A DNA stretch of 64,000 nt from a virus: IMG/VR virus record IMGVR_UViG_3300008259_000009; one strand, 5' to 3'. Of this stretch, positions 1 to 6,998 are shown piece by piece. Position 1 is the first letter of the stretch; every line of letters begins with the position of its first letter. The position numbers were made by a program, and so were the translations under genes. The notes beneath the pieces were generated by a model, which was given only the letters and a program-made list of their open reading frames with translations, ran no database searches and was not told the origin of the DNA.

Positions 1-4
1 TTTT

Positions 5-337
5 TTATTTTTTATAAAACCAAAAAGAGTTTTTACCACAATTACCAAGTTTAAATAAACTACCTTCAAAGACATCATTTAATTTTTCAATAACTTCTTC
101 GGCAATTTCTTCAGTATCCTCACCTGATTGTTTAAATTTGACCATAAATCTATCGTATGGTTTATCTGAGGATTCACGGTGACCACCAATCCATTCATCT
201 TCACCAACGTAATCGTCCATAAGTTTGTTTAACTCAGATTCAATTTTTTTATTTGATGGGTCTTTCTTACTTTCATTGATTACTCGTTTAACAAATCTTG
301 TTAAATCCGATTCTGTTAGCCTAATTACTTTTTTCAT
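5..337 (-). CDS. Hypothetical protein with MKKVIRLTESDL..VKRVINE N-terminal leader
   Basis: Internal Met49 of the 5..481 ORF; ATATTTAT motif at 342-349; upstream part of the ORF overlaps a structured RNA. Confidence 0.8.
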   Translation of the reverse strand: MKKVIRLTESDLTRFVKRVINESKKDPSNKKIESELNKLMDDYVGEDEWIGGHRESSDKPYDRFMVKFKQSGEDTEEIAEEVIEKLNDVFEGSLFKLGNCGKNSFWFYKK

Positions 338-371
338 ATTAATAAATATTGCAATTGGTATAAAAAATAAT

Positions 372-490
372 GTCCAGGTGTGGGAATCTAACCCACTTAG
401 TCCATATTCGTTGCTTGTACGTCTGGGCAATTTATTGTTAGGACCGTCCCATTCGTCAATGGGGTGTGTAACACAATCCACCTACCTGAA
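372..490 (-). ncRNA. tRNA-like RNA (acceptor stem + T-arm, enlarged central domain)
   Basis: TTCAGGT/ACCTGGA acceptor; GTGGG-TTAGATT-CCCAC T-arm; inner GGTCC/GGACT stem; no canonical anticodon loop. Confidence 0.55.
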
Positions 491-501
491 GGTTTTATGT
501 G

Positions 502-584
502 TGGGATGTGATGGAGTCGAACCACCCGAGTCCGAAGACAAACGATTTACAGTCGTTCCCGCTGCCCCTACGGTATAACATCCC
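502..584 (-). tRNA. tRNA-Tyr(GTA)
   Basis: GGGATGT/ACATCCC acceptor, CT-GTA-AA loop, long variable arm, TTCGACT T-loop. Confidence 0.92.
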
Positions 585-593
585 AAGTTTAGG

Positions 594-722
594 AAATCAG
601 AAGATGGTTGTGTGGACATCTGATTTTACGATTGGCATTACTTTGGTGTATATCTCCCAACTCCGATGATACTGACCGATATACACTCTCGTGTCATTAG
701 TATCACCCTTCCCCAATCAACC
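594..722 (-). ncRNA. Pseudoknotted structured RNA candidate
   Basis: Crossing 9-bp helices 699-707/665-673 and 678-686/646-654, closing helix 713-718/630-635, 8-bp hairpin 619-626/594-601. Confidence 0.55.
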
Positions 723-727
723 TATTG

Positions 728-800
728 CGACTCAGACAGGACTCGAACCTGTAACGTTCACATTAACAGTGTGATGCTCTCCCAATTGAGCTACTGAGTC
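728..800 (-). tRNA. tRNA-Asn(GTT)
   Basis: GACTCAG/CTGAGTC acceptor, TCACA-CTGTTAA-TGTGA anticodon arm. Confidence 0.95.
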
Positions 801-806
801 ATTTTG

Positions 807-878
807 CGCGTCTCCAAGGACTCGAACCCTGACCAAGAGATTTGGAGTCACTTATGCTTGCCGTTACACCAAAGACGC
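807..878 (-). tRNA. tRNA-Trp(CCA)
   Basis: GCGTCTT/GAGACGC acceptor, CT-CCA-AA loop, TTCGAGT T-loop. Confidence 0.9.
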
Positions 879-904
879 AAATAATGAAATTAATTATTTC
901 ATTG

Positions 905-978
905 AGGACAGAGAGGGATTTGAACCCCCGAATAATGGATTTGCAGTCCACCCCTTTAAACCACTCAGGCATCTGTCC
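905..978 (-). tRNA. tRNA-Cys(GCA)
   Basis: GGACAGA/TCTGTCC acceptor, U73, GTGGA-CTGCAAA-TCCAT anticodon arm. Confidence 0.93.
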
Positions 979-992
979 TTGTTAATTTGTTT

Positions 993-1058
993 AGAGGTTG
1001 GTTTACATTCAGTGACCATGACTTGTACTTCGTCTCAAGGGGTAAACCCTATACCTCT
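993..1058 (-). ncRNA. Imperfect long hairpin RNA candidate
   Basis: AGAGGT/ACCTCT and GGTTTAC/GTAAACC stems with inner GAC/GTC stem, between tRNA-like genes. Confidence 0.4.
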
Positions 1059-1062
1059 ATTG

Positions 1063-1213
1063 TGACCCCAATGGGAATCGAACCCACCTTGTTAACTACA
1101 TATAAGATGCTTTGACCTAAGTGACCCATATACTAGTACTACGGGTGCCAACTACAAATTATCATCGTTAACCCACTCACCGCTTCGGTTGCGACCCTAA
1201 CAGTTATGGAGTC
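1063..1213 (-). ncRNA. tRNA-like RNA with ~70-nt insert at the anticodon position
   Basis: GACTCCA/TGGGGTC acceptor, A73, GTGGG-TTCGATT-CCCAT T-arm, GTTAAC/GTTAAC stem enclosing an insert with an ACCCGTA/TATGGGT hairpin. Confidence 0.65.
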
Positions 1214-1219
1214 GTATTG

Positions 1220-1291
1220 TAGCCCCTGTAGGACTCGAACCTACACTATCTTGTATGTAAAACAAGCGCTTTTCCTTTAAGCTAAGGAGCT
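1220..1291 (-). tRNA. tRNA-Val(TAC)
   Basis: AGCTCCT/AGGGGCT acceptor, CTTGT-TTTACAT-ACAAG anticodon arm. Confidence 0.93.
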
Positions 1292-1298
1292 ATTTTTG

Positions 1299-1373
1299 TA
1301 TCCCCGAAGAGATTCGAACTCTTGACCCCTCCATTAAAAGTGGAGTGCTCTAATCCTGCTGAGCTACGAAGAC
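1299..1373 (-). tRNA. tRNA-Lys(TTT)
   Basis: GTCTTCG/CGGGGAT acceptor, CTCCA-CTTTTAA-TGGAG anticodon arm. Confidence 0.93.
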
Positions 1374-1379
1374 ATTTTG

Positions 1380-1452
1380 TTGTGATGGAGGGATTCGAAC
1401 CCCCGTAAACTATCGTATCAGGATAGCCCCTACACCGCTCGGGCACATCACA
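1380..1452 (-). tRNA. tRNA-Ile(GAT)
   Basis: TGTGATG/CATCACA acceptor, CTATC-CTGATAC-GATAG anticodon arm. Confidence 0.9.
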
Positions 1453-1469
1453 GTTTTAGTTTCTTGGAA

Positions 1470-1477
1470 CAAATATA
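1470..1477 (-). promoter_or_regulatory. Bacteroidota sigma-A -7 element (TATATTTG) for the distal half of the tRNA array
   Basis: Matches TAnnTTTG about 18 nt upstream of tRNA-Ile. Confidence 0.65.
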
Positions 1478-1508
1478 ACCGTTTTTTGGTATATACCGCA
1501 ACATTATA

Positions 1509-2333
1509 CTAATTTTCTTTTTCTTTTTTTCTGTCTTTATATGTTTTATTTACTTTATGTTTAGCAACCTCATCGTTAAAGTCAGATATTTCTTTATCAG
1601 TTATATTATTAATTCTGTTATTGGCGTTGATAATATATTCCTCAGATATATCAATCCCAAAATAGTTATGCCCTAATAGTTTAGATGCAACCGCTGAAGT
1701 TCCACTACCCATATATGGGTCAATAATGTCACAACCTTCTTTATCATCCAATATTGAGTAAATACATCTTGTCGGTATTTCAATTGGAAATGGTGCGGGA
1801 TGATTAGATACCGTAGATTTATTCATTTCAGGTCGTAATCTCCAAACTGATGTCATTAATGCATGTTTAGATTTTAATTCCTCACCATTATCTTTTTTAT
1901 TTATTGGTTTGTACAACCAATAAATTCTTTCCTCCACTTGCCAAAATCTCCAACCTCTAATATTTGCGGCAATTTGTCTATCCCAAATTATTTCTTGTTT
2001 AACTGTCCAATCAGTTTTTTTTAACCAATCCATCGGATGAAACATTTCTCCTTTATCCCATCTAATTTTATGGTTATAAAAGAACGAACCTCCAGGTTTA
2101 ATAACACGAAACAATTCGTTTAGTATTTCAATTTGCTCTATTTGGTATTCAGATTCATTTTTATTATCCGTAATATCCGAATATTTAATATCCTTAACCA
2201 AGACACCTTTTCTATTGTTTTGTTTATTATAAGGTGGGGATGTTACACCCATATCAAAAATGTTTTCATCAAGTGTTTTTAAAACATCATACACATCACC
2301 AAGTACTATATTGTTTTTAATTTCCATATTCAA
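1509..2333 (-). CDS. DNA methyltransferase, N4-C/N6-A beta class
   Basis: Catalytic TSPPYN motif before HPAPFP and DPYMGSGT SAM-binding motif. Confidence 0.92.
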   Translation of the reverse strand: MNMEIKNNIVLGDVYDVLKTLDENIFDMGVTSPPYNKQNNRKGVLVKDIKYSDITDNKNESEYQIEQIEILNELFRVIKPGGSFFYNHKIRWDKGEMFHPMDWLKKTDWTVKQEIIWDRQIAANIRGWRFWQVEERIYWLYKPINKKDNGEELKSKHALMTSVWRLRPEMNKSTVSNHPAPFPIEIPTRCIYSILDDKEGCDIIDPYMGSGTSAVASKLLGHNYFGIDISEEYIINANNRINNITDKEISDFNDEVAKHKVNKTYKDRKKEKEN

Positions 2334-2934
2334 TCAACGATTTAAAAAACGGTTTTGTAAATTTATGTTCATATTCACTAATCATAGGTGAAATATATTC
2401 AAGTCTAAACGAATCTGAATTTTTAAAGTGTAAGTAACTAAATTTAACACTTCTAACATATCTATTTAATTCATCACCGTTTGGTAAGTGTTTAGTTAAT
2501 TGCCGTTCTATTTCATTTACAAAATCAACTGAGTTATATTGGAAACTTACTAAAAACAATAATTTACCATCTAAAAACCCCGACACTACCATTTTAACTT
2601 TATCATCTTTATATTTTTTGTGTCTTTTCCATGTAAAGTCACTGAAATTACCTGAACCGTCAAACTTTTTAGTTGAATCTGATGATAAATTCTTTGGTTT
2701 AACTTCAATTGGGTATTCGTCAGAATCGTACCCTAATTTGTGAACACTTTGTTTTACCCCTAAAATCCCCAATGTCACCCCTTCTCTAAATAATGAGGAA
2801 TTTTTATCATTAGACATCTCATTAAGTAACCCTAATAATAACGTTTCTTTGGTTTTGTCATCAAGTTCTAATATTTTAGAATTATCTCCTAATGAATAGT
2901 TTAATTTTAATTCTGATAGATTCATACAATACAT
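2317..2934 (-). CDS. Putative type II restriction endonuclease
   Basis: Overlaps MTase start; YDS..IEVK resembles PD-(D/E)xK core; start uncertain (2925-2976). Confidence 0.55.
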   Translation of the reverse strand: MYCMNLSELKLNYSLGDNSKILELDDKTKETLLLGLLNEMSNDKNSSLFREGVTLGILGVKQSVHKLGYDSDEYPIEVKPKNLSSDSTKKFDGSGNFSDFTWKRHKKYKDDKVKMVVSGFLDGKLLFLVSFQYNSVDFVNEIERQLTKHLPNGDELNRYVRSVKFSYLHFKNSDSFRLEYISPMISEYEHKFTKPFFKSLIEYGN

Positions 2935-2986
2935 TTTTAACAAAGTACGTAAATAAAATAAATTATTCAATACCATTAATTTTTTG

Positions 2987-3061
2987 TAGGGTAGACAGGA
3001 CTCGAACCTGCACTATGTCCTCATCCCAAATGAGGCGGCCTACCAATTGGCCAACTACCCT
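2987..3061 (-). tRNA. tRNA-Pro(TGG)
   Basis: AGGGTAG/CTACCCT acceptor, CCTCA-TTTGGGA-TGAGG anticodon arm. Confidence 0.92.
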
Positions 3062-3067
3062 ATATTG

Positions 3068-3137
3068 TACCGAGTATGGGGATTGAACCCACTTGACCAT
3101 CCTTATGAGAGATAGTTCTTTACCACTAAGCCTCGGT
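3068..3137 (-). tRNA. Atypical tRNA with CAT anticodon (Met or Ile2), short D region
   Basis: ACCGAG/CTCGGT acceptor, CT-CAT-AA loop, normal T-arm; D region about 3 nt short. Confidence 0.65.
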
Positions 3138-3144
3138 ATCTCAG

Positions 3145-3233
3145 CGGAGAATGTGGGATTCGAACCCACGCATCATGTTTCAGACCTATCACGTTAGCAA
3201 TGTGACCCCTTAAACCATCTTGGGTAATTCTCC
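3145..3233 (-). tRNA. tRNA-Ser(GCT)
   Basis: GGAGAAT/ATTCTCC acceptor, TT-GCT-AA loop, long variable arm. Confidence 0.92.
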
Positions 3234-3237
3234 GTAG

Positions 3238-3309
3238 AAGTCTCTGAAGGATTTGAACCTTCTCTAAAACATCCGTAGTGTTTCGTGCTGTCCGTTACAC
3301 CAAGAGACC
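3238..3309 (-). tRNA. tRNA-Arg(ACG)
   Basis: GGTCTCT/AGAGACT acceptor, AAACA-CTACGGA-TGTTT anticodon arm. Confidence 0.9.
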
Positions 3310-3315
3310 AAAGTG

Positions 3316-3389
3316 GGTAACTAATGGGAATCGAACCCATGGCACAAGGAACCACAATCCTTTGCTCTACCTACTGAGCTATAGCTACC
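3316..3389 (-). tRNA. tRNA-His(GTG)
   Basis: G-1, GTAGCTA/TAGTTAC acceptor, C73, AAGGA-TTGTGGT-TCCTT anticodon arm. Confidence 0.92.
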
Positions 3390-3409
3390 ATAAAATTTTA
3401 TTTTCTATG

Positions 3410-3482
3410 TGGAGAGGGTGGGAATCGAACCCACATTGCTGGATTTTCAGTCCAGTGCCTTGACCAACTTGGCAACCTCTCC
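3410..3482 (-). tRNA. tRNA-Phe(GAA)
   Basis: GGAGAGG/CCTCTCC acceptor, CTGGA-CTGAAAA-TCCAG anticodon arm. Confidence 0.94.
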
Positions 3483-3488
3483 TTATTG

Positions 3489-3562
3489 TTGTCCTGGAAG
3501 GATTTGAACCTCCAATTTCCTCGTTCAAAGCGAGGTGACTTTGCCAGTTCGTCTACAGGACA
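3489..3562 (-). tRNA. tRNA-Gln(TTG)
   Basis: TGTCCTG/CAGGACA acceptor, CCTCG-CTTTGAA-CGAGG anticodon arm. Confidence 0.92.
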
Positions 3563-3568
3563 GTGAAC

Positions 3569-3706
3569 TCACTTTTTGAGTTTTTTTAAAATCTTTTTTA
3601 AAAGTTTTGATTTTACTTTAATTTTAATCCCTTCTTTTCTTAAATTTTCCTGACTTGAGTTGAAGGTCCCCTCAAGTACAATTTTAATAGTTTCTTTTTT
3701 TCCCAT
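3569..3706 (-). CDS. Small lysine-rich protein (45 aa) inside the tRNA array
   Basis: MGKKETIKIVLEGTFNSSQENLRKEGIKIKVKSKLLKKILKKLKK, read manually. Confidence 0.5.
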   Translation of the reverse strand: MGKKETIKIVLEGTFNSSQENLRKEGIKIKVKSKLLKKILKKLKK

Positions 3707-3722
3707 AATTTATTTTTTAGCG

Positions 3723-3809
3723 AGGAGGGTGTGGGACTTGAACCCACAAGACCTATTACACGTCTTACTCGTTTTCAAGACGAGCTCTTCATCCAGCCAG
3801 ATACCCTCC
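3723..3809 (-). tRNA. tRNA-Ser(TGA)
   Basis: GGAGGGT/ACCCTCC acceptor, CT-TGA-AA loop, long variable arm. Confidence 0.9.
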
Positions 3810-3820
3810 GAATTTTTATA

Positions 3821-3840
3821 CCAATATGTCAAAGAACAAA
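3821..3840 (-). promoter_or_regulatory. boxA-like antitermination element
   Basis: TTTGTTCTTTGACATATTGG resembles rRNA-operon boxA (E. coli TGCTCTTTAACA); lies between terminator and first tRNA. Confidence 0.6.
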
Positions 3841-3866
3841 AAACCCCCGAACTTGTGGTCCGAGGG
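3838..3866 (-). terminator. Intrinsic terminator (attenuator) upstream of the tRNA array
   Basis: CCCTCGG-ACCACAAGT-TCGGGGG followed by TTTTTT. Confidence 0.85.
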
Positions 3867-3888
3867 CTTATATCATAGTTAATCTTTT

Positions 3889-4005
3889 TTAACTTATAAA
3901 ACACTTCGGACTACCATATGACATGCTCGGATACCAATTGCGGTTACACGAGATGACAATCTGTGATTGTTTAAAATTAATCATATGTTTACCAAATGTT
4001 TTCAT
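3889..4005 (-). CDS. Leader peptide (38 aa) of putative tRNA-array attenuator
   Basis: MKTFGKHMINFKQSQIVISCNRNWYPSMSYGSPKCFIS; between promoter and terminator; carries two sequences complementary to the terminator 5' arm. Confidence 0.75.
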   Translation of the reverse strand: MKTFGKHMINFKQSQIVISCNRNWYPSMSYGSPKCFIS

Positions 4006-4024
4006 TGTTTTTTAATAACTATTA

Positions 4025-4032
4025 CAAATATA
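4025..4032 (-). promoter_or_regulatory. Bacteroidota sigma-A -7 element (TATATTTG) for the leader/tRNA operon
   Basis: TAnnTTTG 20 nt upstream of leader ATG. Confidence 0.75.
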
Positions 4033-4067
4033 GGAAAAATCCTCGTTTAATCAATATTTCTTTAAAA

Positions 4068-4247
4068 TTATATTTTTTTCACTGAATAAATGTGACCTGA
4101 ATCTGAATTTGTTTGAAATATCTCTTTCATCTTATCAGCCTCCTTTTCAGATTCAAACTCCCAAACTTCATTATCAGAATTTAAAATTATAACAGGTAAC
4201 CATTTACCTGATTTTTTGTTTTTAATGCTTTTGATTATTACATACAT
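4068..4247 (-). CDS. Hypothetical protein (59 aa)
   Basis: MYVIIKSIKNKKSGKWLPVIILNSDNEVWEF..., read manually; TACATTTG promoter at 4266-4273. Confidence 0.65.
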   Translation of the reverse strand: MYVIIKSIKNKKSGKWLPVIILNSDNEVWEFESEKEADKMKEIFQTNSDSGHIYSVKKI

Positions 4248-4297
4248 AGTTTTAGATTTTTTTTACAAATGTAACGTTTTTTTGGTTACGGTTCAAC

Positions 4298-6997
4298 TTA
4301 GTATTTGTTTTTTCTTGAAAATGGGTTATTTGAGTCGTCACGTTTTCTTTTTTGAGGGAAGAACTCCCTATTTTGAGCCGCCAAAGTACCCTTTTTAATT
4401 TCAATAAGTTTATTCCTGTCGTTTGGCACATGTTCTCTAACAGGTTTCACATTTTTTGATGGATGGTATATATCAGTTCTATTTAAAACTTGATTGATTA
4501 AATCATAATTTATTTTGGAATCAGAATTTTTTGGTTTAACATTTAATTTAATAACGTCAGTTAATAGAGTATCTATTTTTTGTTTATTAATTATGAATTT
4601 TTCATACTCTTCATCAATAATCTTTTTATTAAAAATTTCATAAAAAGATTCGGTTACTAAATTTTCTATCGGTCCAAAAGTTTTTCTTTTTTTACTTAAA
4701 TTATAATATTTACCTCTCATTTGAGAAGATAAATTAGTATCGGGATGTTGAGTTAAACTATTTTTATGGACCCTTCTATAAAACCCTAAAGATTTGGTAT
4801 GGATTAATTTGACATTATTTTTATATAATCTATTCATTAGGTCAGAATCCGCCGCACATCTCCACCCCTCAAAACCATTCATGTCTAAAAATAATTTTTT
4901 CTCAATTCCAAAAACACCTTCACCATATGTGTTTGCATTTGATTTTTCCAAATTAATGTTTTTAACTTCTTCGTTGAAATCTATATACATAGGCTTTATT
5001 AGCTTATGTGTTGATTTATAACGAATGATGTCTTGGACAAGTTCTTCTTTCATAATGTCATCAGAATCAAAAAACATTAAATAATCAGAATTTGAAATCA
5101 GTGATAAACTATTTTTAACAATATAAGGTCCGACATTTTGATTAAAGTAATAGAATCTAATTCTTGGGTCAAATTTACTGTCTTGAATATAAGATAGTGT
5201 TTTTTTGCACCCATCAATTCCAACTAATATCTCAACATTTAAATCTTTAATTGATGTTAATACAGAATCTAAACATTCGGTTAAATAATTTAAAACATTA
5301 TACGTTGGGATGATGATTGATATGTCCTTTTTATTGTTTTTTATATCAAATTCATTAACCATTTTATTTAACGTTAATAAATCTTTTAATACCAAAATAT
5401 TCTCATTTTTATCGTTATTACCAATAACTAACCCTTTATTACCAGGTATCCAATTAATTAAATTTTCTAATATTTGATGTGAGAAACTTTTTTTATTATT
5501 ATCCACCGAAAATAAAATTTTACTATTAAGTTTTTCTTTAAAATTATTTTCTAAGTAAGTAAGATGGTGCATATACATTTGAGAAATATAATATTTTTTT
5601 TCGGGCATTTTTCTTGCAGGGTCAGAAAGAACTGAACTACTTATATGTCTACCATATTTTCTTTCATCAATTTTATAAATTGATGGTACGTAAAGTTTGT
5701 CCTCAACAAAGTAATATTTATCACTTTTATAATATGACACGATTGGTGAATATAATGTGTCAATACCATTCTCATTCATGAATTTTATTTCATCAGTAAC
5801 ATATCTATCATTATAACATTCATCATTATCTAAAGTTAGAATATAATCACAATTCGCGTTTTTACATTTAGATAAACCAACATTTCGTTTGTCTATCATT
5901 CCGATAATCTTATCTACCACATCTTCATCATATAACACCAATTCATCTATATAACCACAATCAACCAATTCTTGTAATAAAATATTATTTTCAATTGAGC
6001 CGATTTCACCCGAAAAACTTTTTTTCTGATGAACCACACATATGTAATCAACAACATTAATAATTGATTCAATTGATTTTTTTAATACGTCAACATTATA
6101 AAAGGAATTATATGAAACCCCAACTTTTAAATTATTAAATTGTTTAGTTTTAAACCTATGAGATATTGTTCTACTAAAATCTAACCATTTATTGTTAGTC
6201 AACAATTCAGTTAACTTTTTTTCTAAAGTTTCATAATTTTCAAATTCGTGGATTAAATCACCATAATAATTCTTTTTACTTAGTTCCGATACAACACATT
6301 TACTATTATTTAATAAATAAAATAACCTTACTTGTTCTTGTATTGACGATTCATAAAAATGTAAATTTAAAATAATTTTAGTTTCTGAAATTATATTATC
6401 TAACTTATCCGAAAAATCTTTAGGTAAAAATTTAATTCCCGAATTATTTAACTCAACGTTATCTACATCAAAATTGTCACCAATAACAACTAAATTAAAT
6501 TTAGAATTTATTTTTTTTAAAATTTCAAATCGTTTTTTATTTATTGCACCATAAAATAAAATGTCGTATTTAGGGTTTTGATTAACCTTTATGTTTTCTA
6601 AAGATTTAGAATATTTAAGTGGTACAAATTTTACTTTATTGTAACCAAGAGTTTCTAAAAACCACTTATTAGATAAATCATATTCCCATATTTCATCACA
6701 TTCATCCAACCATTTTTTAATGTGAGAGGTTCTATGTTTCACATGTTTTGAATTACTATTAGGGTTAAACCAATTTGGGTTATAATTAAAAAGTTGCTCT
6801 AATTGGTAAACTATTATTTTTTTATTAGGGTATTTTTCTCTATAGAAATTAATCTCTTTACCTAAATTATATCCTAATATAACCAGACAATTATGGTATT
6901 TAGAATTATCAGAATATAATTCTTCAACCATTGTCTTTACATGTAAAAATGTACCAACATCACTATCTCTGTTGATTACACATTTAAGTTTCTCCAT
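4298..6997 (-). CDS. Multidomain glycosyltransferase (GT-B-like part plus GT2 domains)
   Basis: YDILFYG..IILNLH..RLFYLL; LTLDNDE DxD motif; ISIIIPTYN..FFDSDD GT2 motifs. Confidence 0.85.
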   Translation of the reverse strand: MEKLKCVINRDSDVGTFLHVKTMVEELYSDNSKYHNCLVILGYNLGKEINFYREKYPNKKIIVYQLEQLFNYNPNWFNPNSNSKHVKHRTSHIKKWLDECDEIWEYDLSNKWFLETLGYNKVKFVPLKYSKSLENIKVNQNPKYDILFYGAINKKRFEILKKINSKFNLVVIGDNFDVDNVELNNSGIKFLPKDFSDKLDNIISETKIILNLHFYESSIQEQVRLFYLLNNSKCVVSELSKKNYYGDLIHEFENYETLEKKLTELLTNNKWLDFSRTISHRFKTKQFNNLKVGVSYNSFYNVDVLKKSIESIINVVDYICVVHQKKSFSGEIGSIENNILLQELVDCGYIDELVLYDEDVVDKIIGMIDKRNVGLSKCKNANCDYILTLDNDECYNDRYVTDEIKFMNENGIDTLYSPIVSYYKSDKYYFVEDKLYVPSIYKIDERKYGRHISSSVLSDPARKMPEKKYYISQMYMHHLTYLENNFKEKLNSKILFSVDNNKKSFSHQILENLINWIPGNKGLVIGNNDKNENILVLKDLLTLNKMVNEFDIKNNKKDISIIIPTYNVLNYLTECLDSVLTSIKDLNVEILVGIDGCKKTLSYIQDSKFDPRIRFYYFNQNVGPYIVKNSLSLISNSDYLMFFDSDDIMKEELVQDIIRYKSTHKLIKPMYIDFNEEVKNINLEKSNANTYGEGVFGIEKKLFLDMNGFEGWRCAADSDLMNRLYKNNVKLIHTKSLGFYRRVHKNSLTQHPDTNLSSQMRGKYYNLSKKRKTFGPIENLVTESFYEIFNKKIIDEEYEKFIINKQKIDTLLTDVIKLNVKPKNSDSKINYDLINQVLNRTDIYHPSKNVKPVREHVPNDRNKLIEIKKGTLAAQNREFFPQKRKRDDSNNPFSRKNKY

Positions 6998-6998
6998 A

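Noticed and set aside
440-470. HDV/theta ribozyme suggested by CGAATGGGAC on the minus strand
   Set aside because: I could not build P1, P3 and P1.1 around it, and it is not directly 3' of a tRNA end; the segment fits better as an arm of the tRNA-like RNA.
338-481. N-terminal 48 aa of the 5..481 ORF
   Set aside because: Overlaps the tRNA-like RNA; the internal Met has the ATATTTAT motif and the shared leader, so the true start is 337.
683-703. Hammerhead ribozyme (CTAATGA then CAC-GAGA-GTG)
   Set aside because: Core deviates from CUGANGA and the required GAAA after stem II is missing.
1063-1213. Canonical tmRNA
   Set aside because: Only 151 nt, no G3-U70 alanine determinant, and the tag-like frame stops after NDDNL; kept only as a tRNA-like RNA.
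2892-3904. ORFs 2892..3086, 2963..3169, 3278..3463, 3660..3878, 3710..3904 and 225..578
   Set aside because: They overlap tRNA genes or lie antisense to them; no protein features.
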